From: Candidatus Saccharimonadota bacterium
GTDB taxonomy: Bacteria; Patescibacteriota; Saccharimonadia; Saccharimonadales; Saccharimonadaceae
Assembly: GCA_028286365.1 (NCBI GenBank)
Contig: JAQBRR010000002.1
Coordinates: 42,165-106,164 of the forward strand
Length of the DNA: 64,000 nt
Reading direction: 5' to 3'
The position numbers and the translations under genes are program-made. Shown piece after piece: positions 61,635 through 64,000 of the stretch (positions are counted from its first letter, which is position 1; every line of letters starts with the position of its first letter). A model generated the notes under the pieces. It had not been told where the DNA came from and did no database searches. It worked only from the letters and a program-made list of their open reading frames with translations.

Positions 61635-62195
61635 CTAAAGTGTTTTGGTCTCGTGGGCAAGCGTACCTTCGATAAAGTCTGCAATAAAGCCAAAGATTTC
61701 TGGCATGAGTTTGTCGAGAGCTTCAGATTCATCCCTAGAGAATTTACCGAGTACAAAATCCATATCCCCCATCCGTTCTCGGAGATCATTTGCAATGCCA
61801 ATTCGGATACGGTGATAGTCTGGTCCGATATGATTGTTGAGAGATTTAACGCCATTGTTACCAGCATCACTTCCCTGTCCACGGGTGCGGATAGTGCCAA
61901 ACGGCAAAGCAAGATCATCGTGAATAACTAACAGATCGTGTGCCGGCATAACACTATAAAAATCAATCAGCCGACGTGCGCTTTGGCCGGTCTCGTTGTA
62001 GTAGGTTGTGGGTTTGACGAGGATGACTTTTTCGTCATCGATTGTTGTCTCGGCGATGAGTGCTGAAAACTTAGACTTCTCACTCCATTGTAAATTGTGA
62101 GACTCAGCAAATTCATCAATAACCGCGAACCCGACATTGTGACGGGTATTGTCGTACTTTGACTCTGGATTACCTTGAGCAAGAATTATTTTCAT
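61635..62195 (-). CDS. pth: peptidyl-tRNA hydrolase
   Basis: 186 aa with GNPE.KY..TRHN.GF and HDDL.LPFG..R....GS.GNNG. Confidence 0.93.
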   Translation of the reverse strand: MKIILAQGNPESKYDNTRHNVGFAVIDEFAESHNLQWSEKSKFSALIAETTIDDEKVILVKPTTYYNETGQSARRLIDFYSVMPAHDLLVIHDDLALPFGTIRTRGQGSDAGNNGVKSLNNHIGPDYHRIRIGIANDLRERMGDMDFVLGKFSRDESEALDKLMPEIFGFIADFIEGTLAHETKTL

Positions 62196-62214
62196 CTATG
62201 CCTATTGTAGTACA

Positions 62215-62243
62215 TTGATAATATTAGTCAAATATGCTATAAT
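62215..62243 (+). promoter_or_regulatory. near-consensus promoter for the 62283 gene
   Basis: TTGATA-N17-TATAAT with TGc extended -10. SD AGAAGGGG precedes the GTG start. Confidence 0.55.
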
Positions 62244-62282
62244 ATAGATATCTGCGATGGTCGTAGATAAGAAGGGGTCATC

Positions 62283-62621
62283 GTGTCAACCACTGATTGG
62301 GCGTTAACTGCGCTCGCTATTGCTTCACTCCTGTTGATGATCGGTGCGATCATCAGTACGGAGGTTTTGACGGTAACGCAGAAGGGTCTCACTGACCATG
62401 ATGTTGTACCGGCGCTGGTTTTCTCGTTGGCGTATGGGTTCATCACGTTCGGCCTGGTGGTCGTCACGAACAACATGCCGTATTACATACGTCAACTGGT
62501 GTTTTGTATCGGATTTAGTGCTCTCGTCTATGGAGGGGTTAGGTTCTATCAAAAACTGCGTAAAATCAGTCTTCAGCGTCAGCACGAGCAAGAACTGCTC
62601 GAGCAACCCAAGAAGCCCTGA
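62283..62621 (+). CDS. small membrane protein, unknown function
   Basis: 112 aa with 3 hydrophobic helices. GTG start. Confidence 0.5.
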   Translation: MSTTDWALTALAIASLLLMIGAIISTEVLTVTQKGLTDHDVVPALVFSLAYGFITFGLVVVTNNMPYYIRQLVFCIGFSALVYGGVRFYQKLRKISLQRQHEQELLEQPKKP

Positions 62622-62651
62622 CCCGCTGTCCGCCATCACAGAGCCACGGCT

Positions 62652-62679
62652 CGGCGGAGAGGTTTACACCTCTCCGCCG
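62652..62679. terminator. bidirectional hairpin between convergent genes
   Basis: CGGCGGAGAGG-tttaca-CCTCTCCGCCG (11 bp perfect). Confidence 0.65.
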
Positions 62680-62693
62680 GCCGGCACTTACAA

Positions 62694-64000
62694 TTAGTCT
62701 TTTACGTCGCTCGGAAGTTTCTTGGCGATTTTTTGTTGTGCTAGTTTTTCTTGTTCTTCTTTGTACTTCTTGGTGACTGGCTCTTTGCCTTCAGCAATAC
62801 GTGCTTTGTTGGCCTTGATCTGTTTTTCGTCGCGGAAGCTAAACCGAATCGGTGTCCCTGCAAAGTTGAATGTCTCGCGCAAATGACGCTCGAGATAGCG
62901 TTTGTATGACCAGTGAATGAACTTTAGATTGCTACCGTAAATAACGAACCATGGCGGTGCGACGTCGGTCTGAACCATATAGCGAAGCTTTGGATGAGTG
63001 TTCTTGAGTCCGGCTGGCGGGTGGCGCTGAATAAGTTTTTGTAACAGGTCATTTAGTTGACGAGTCTTTAATTCTTGGTGACGACGTGCATCAATATCAA
63101 GCGCGAGATCGAACAGTTTTGTTACGTTCTGACCAGTGACACTACTGGTAAAAATCAGTGGTGCCCATGGGGTAAATTTGAAAGTATTAGCGATCTTTGG
63201 CGCAAGATCATCACGCGTGTAGGCATCCTTGCCTTCGACGCTGTCCCACTTGCTAATCACGATAACCATACCTTTACCTGCTTCGTCGATGATACCTGCG
63301 AGGCGTTGATCAAGTTGTGTGTTCAGTTCGTTTGCATCCAGAAGAAGGAAACAGACATCGGACTCTTCGATCGCCTGTAGTGTACGTAGGACTGAGAATT
63401 TCTCGATACCCACTTCTTGCTTACCAGGCTTACGCATACCAGCAGTATCAAGGAATTCGATATCACGAGCGCCGTAACGGATTGAAATGCGGTTGACATC
63501 ACGTGTCGTACCAGCAATATTAGCAACGATTGCTTGTTGCTTGCCAGCCAGCGTGTTAAATAGATAACTTTTGCCGACATTTGGACGACCAATGAGTGAA
63601 ACCCGCAGAACATCATCAGGAACTTCTTCGCTTTTGGCTGGAATTAACTCAACGATCTTGTCGAGGACTTCCTCGATACCGGTGCTGTGTTCTGCACTGG
63701 TACGCAGAATATCCTTGATACCGAGGCGTTTGAATTCGTCAGATTTTAGGCTTTCTTTGAGGTCTGATTTGTTAACCAGTAGCATAACTGGCTTTTTACT
63801 ACGAAGTGCTTTCTTGGCAACAGTGCGGTCCTGATCGCTGGCATACTGGGTGCTATCAACTACGACAAGAATGACATCAGCTGCCTCAGCGGCCTCTGTT
63901 ATTTGCTCTTGAATTGATGCTTCGAATTCGTCAGCTGCGTCTTTTAGCCCTGCCGTATCGACTACCCAGAATTGGTGGTGCTTGTACTCTACCCTACCGA
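62694..64000 (-). CDS. der: ribosome-associated GTPase Der/EngA; N-terminus lies beyond the window
   Basis: The track ORF starts at an internal Met (63785). The frame stays open upstream to base 64000 and encodes GTPase domain 1 (VVDTAGL...LLVNKSD). Domain 2 has GRPNVGKS, DTAGMR and SKWD, followed by a KH-like C-terminus. Confidence 0.92.
   Translation of the reverse strand, partial: GRVEYKHHQFWVVDTAGLKDAADEFEASIQEQITEAAEAADVILVVVDSTQYASDQDRTVAKKALRSKKPVMLLVNKSDLKESLKSDEFKRLGIKDILRTSAEHSTGIEEVLDKIVELIPAKSEEVPDDVLRVSLIGRPNVGKSYLFNTLAGKQQAIVANIAGTTRDVNRISIRYGARDIEFLDTAGMRKPGKQEVGIEKFSVLRTLQAIEESDVCFLLLDANELNTQLDQRLAGIIDEAGKGMVIVISKWDSVEGKDAYTRDDLAPKIANTFKFTPWAPLIFTSSVTGQNVTKLFDLALDIDARRHQELKTRQLNDLLQKLIQRHPPAGLKNTHPKLRYMVQTDVAPPWFVIYGSNLKFIHWSYKRYLERHLRETFNFAGTPIRFSFRDEKQIKANKARIAEGKEPVTKKYKEEQEKLAQQKIAKKLPSDVKD

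Noticed and set aside
1-64000. A search for tRNA, rRNA, tmRNA, RNase P RNA, SRP RNA, CRISPR arrays, and transposase or integrase genes.
   Set aside because: I scanned all intergenic gaps by eye. I found no T-arm-like GGTTCGAATCC context, no regularly spaced direct repeats, and no DDE, tyrosine-recombinase or serine-recombinase-like ORF. Absence by eye is not proof, so tRNAscan-SE, Infernal and ISEScan should confirm it.

Overview
This is a 64-kb chromosomal window from a compact, AT-leaning bacterial genome. Spot counts of 60-nt lines give about 43% G+C in housekeeping genes. The gene content is secA, serS, glyQS, prfB, murD/murI, ftsEX, a trimmed dcw cluster (mraZ-rsmH-ftsL-ftsI-mraY-ftsW-murG-ftsQ), xseAB, recO, topA, dprA, pth and der. 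Together with several lineage-odd proteins (a TM-anchored TraD-like ATPase, a sigma-region-4/HARE-HTH protein, a PIF1-type helicase), this suggests a reduced Patescibacteria/Saccharibacteria-like organism. That assignment is inference only. I call about 68 CDS. I found no rRNA, tRNA, CRISPR array, transposase or integrase. The points most worth following up are these. (1) An accessory locus at 33.4-37.5 kb holds RNase HI, a KwaB/DUF4868-like protein with no KwaA partner, a GC-shifted ORFan and a PIF1-like helicase, and may be a non-canonical defence module. (2) Six monocistronic, GC-shifted ORFans (50-68% G+C in counted lines) are wedged between housekeeping genes. Each has its own hairpin, and several have flanking short direct or inverted repeats. 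(3) An ~88-nt long-hairpin element occurs twice (21.3 kb and 55.8 kb), with compensatory base-pair changes between the copies. (4) A ~250-nt ORF-free transcription unit beside dprA has a consensus promoter and an intrinsic terminator, making it a candidate structured ncRNA. (5) Gene orientation switches sharply from + to - across a 660-bp AT-rich convergent gap at 49.1-49.76 kb, which looks like a replication terminus. (6) Many genes have a -10 box 6-11 nt before the ATG and no Shine-Dalgarno, suggesting leaderless mRNAs. All family assignments come from motif recognition by eye. No searches were run.
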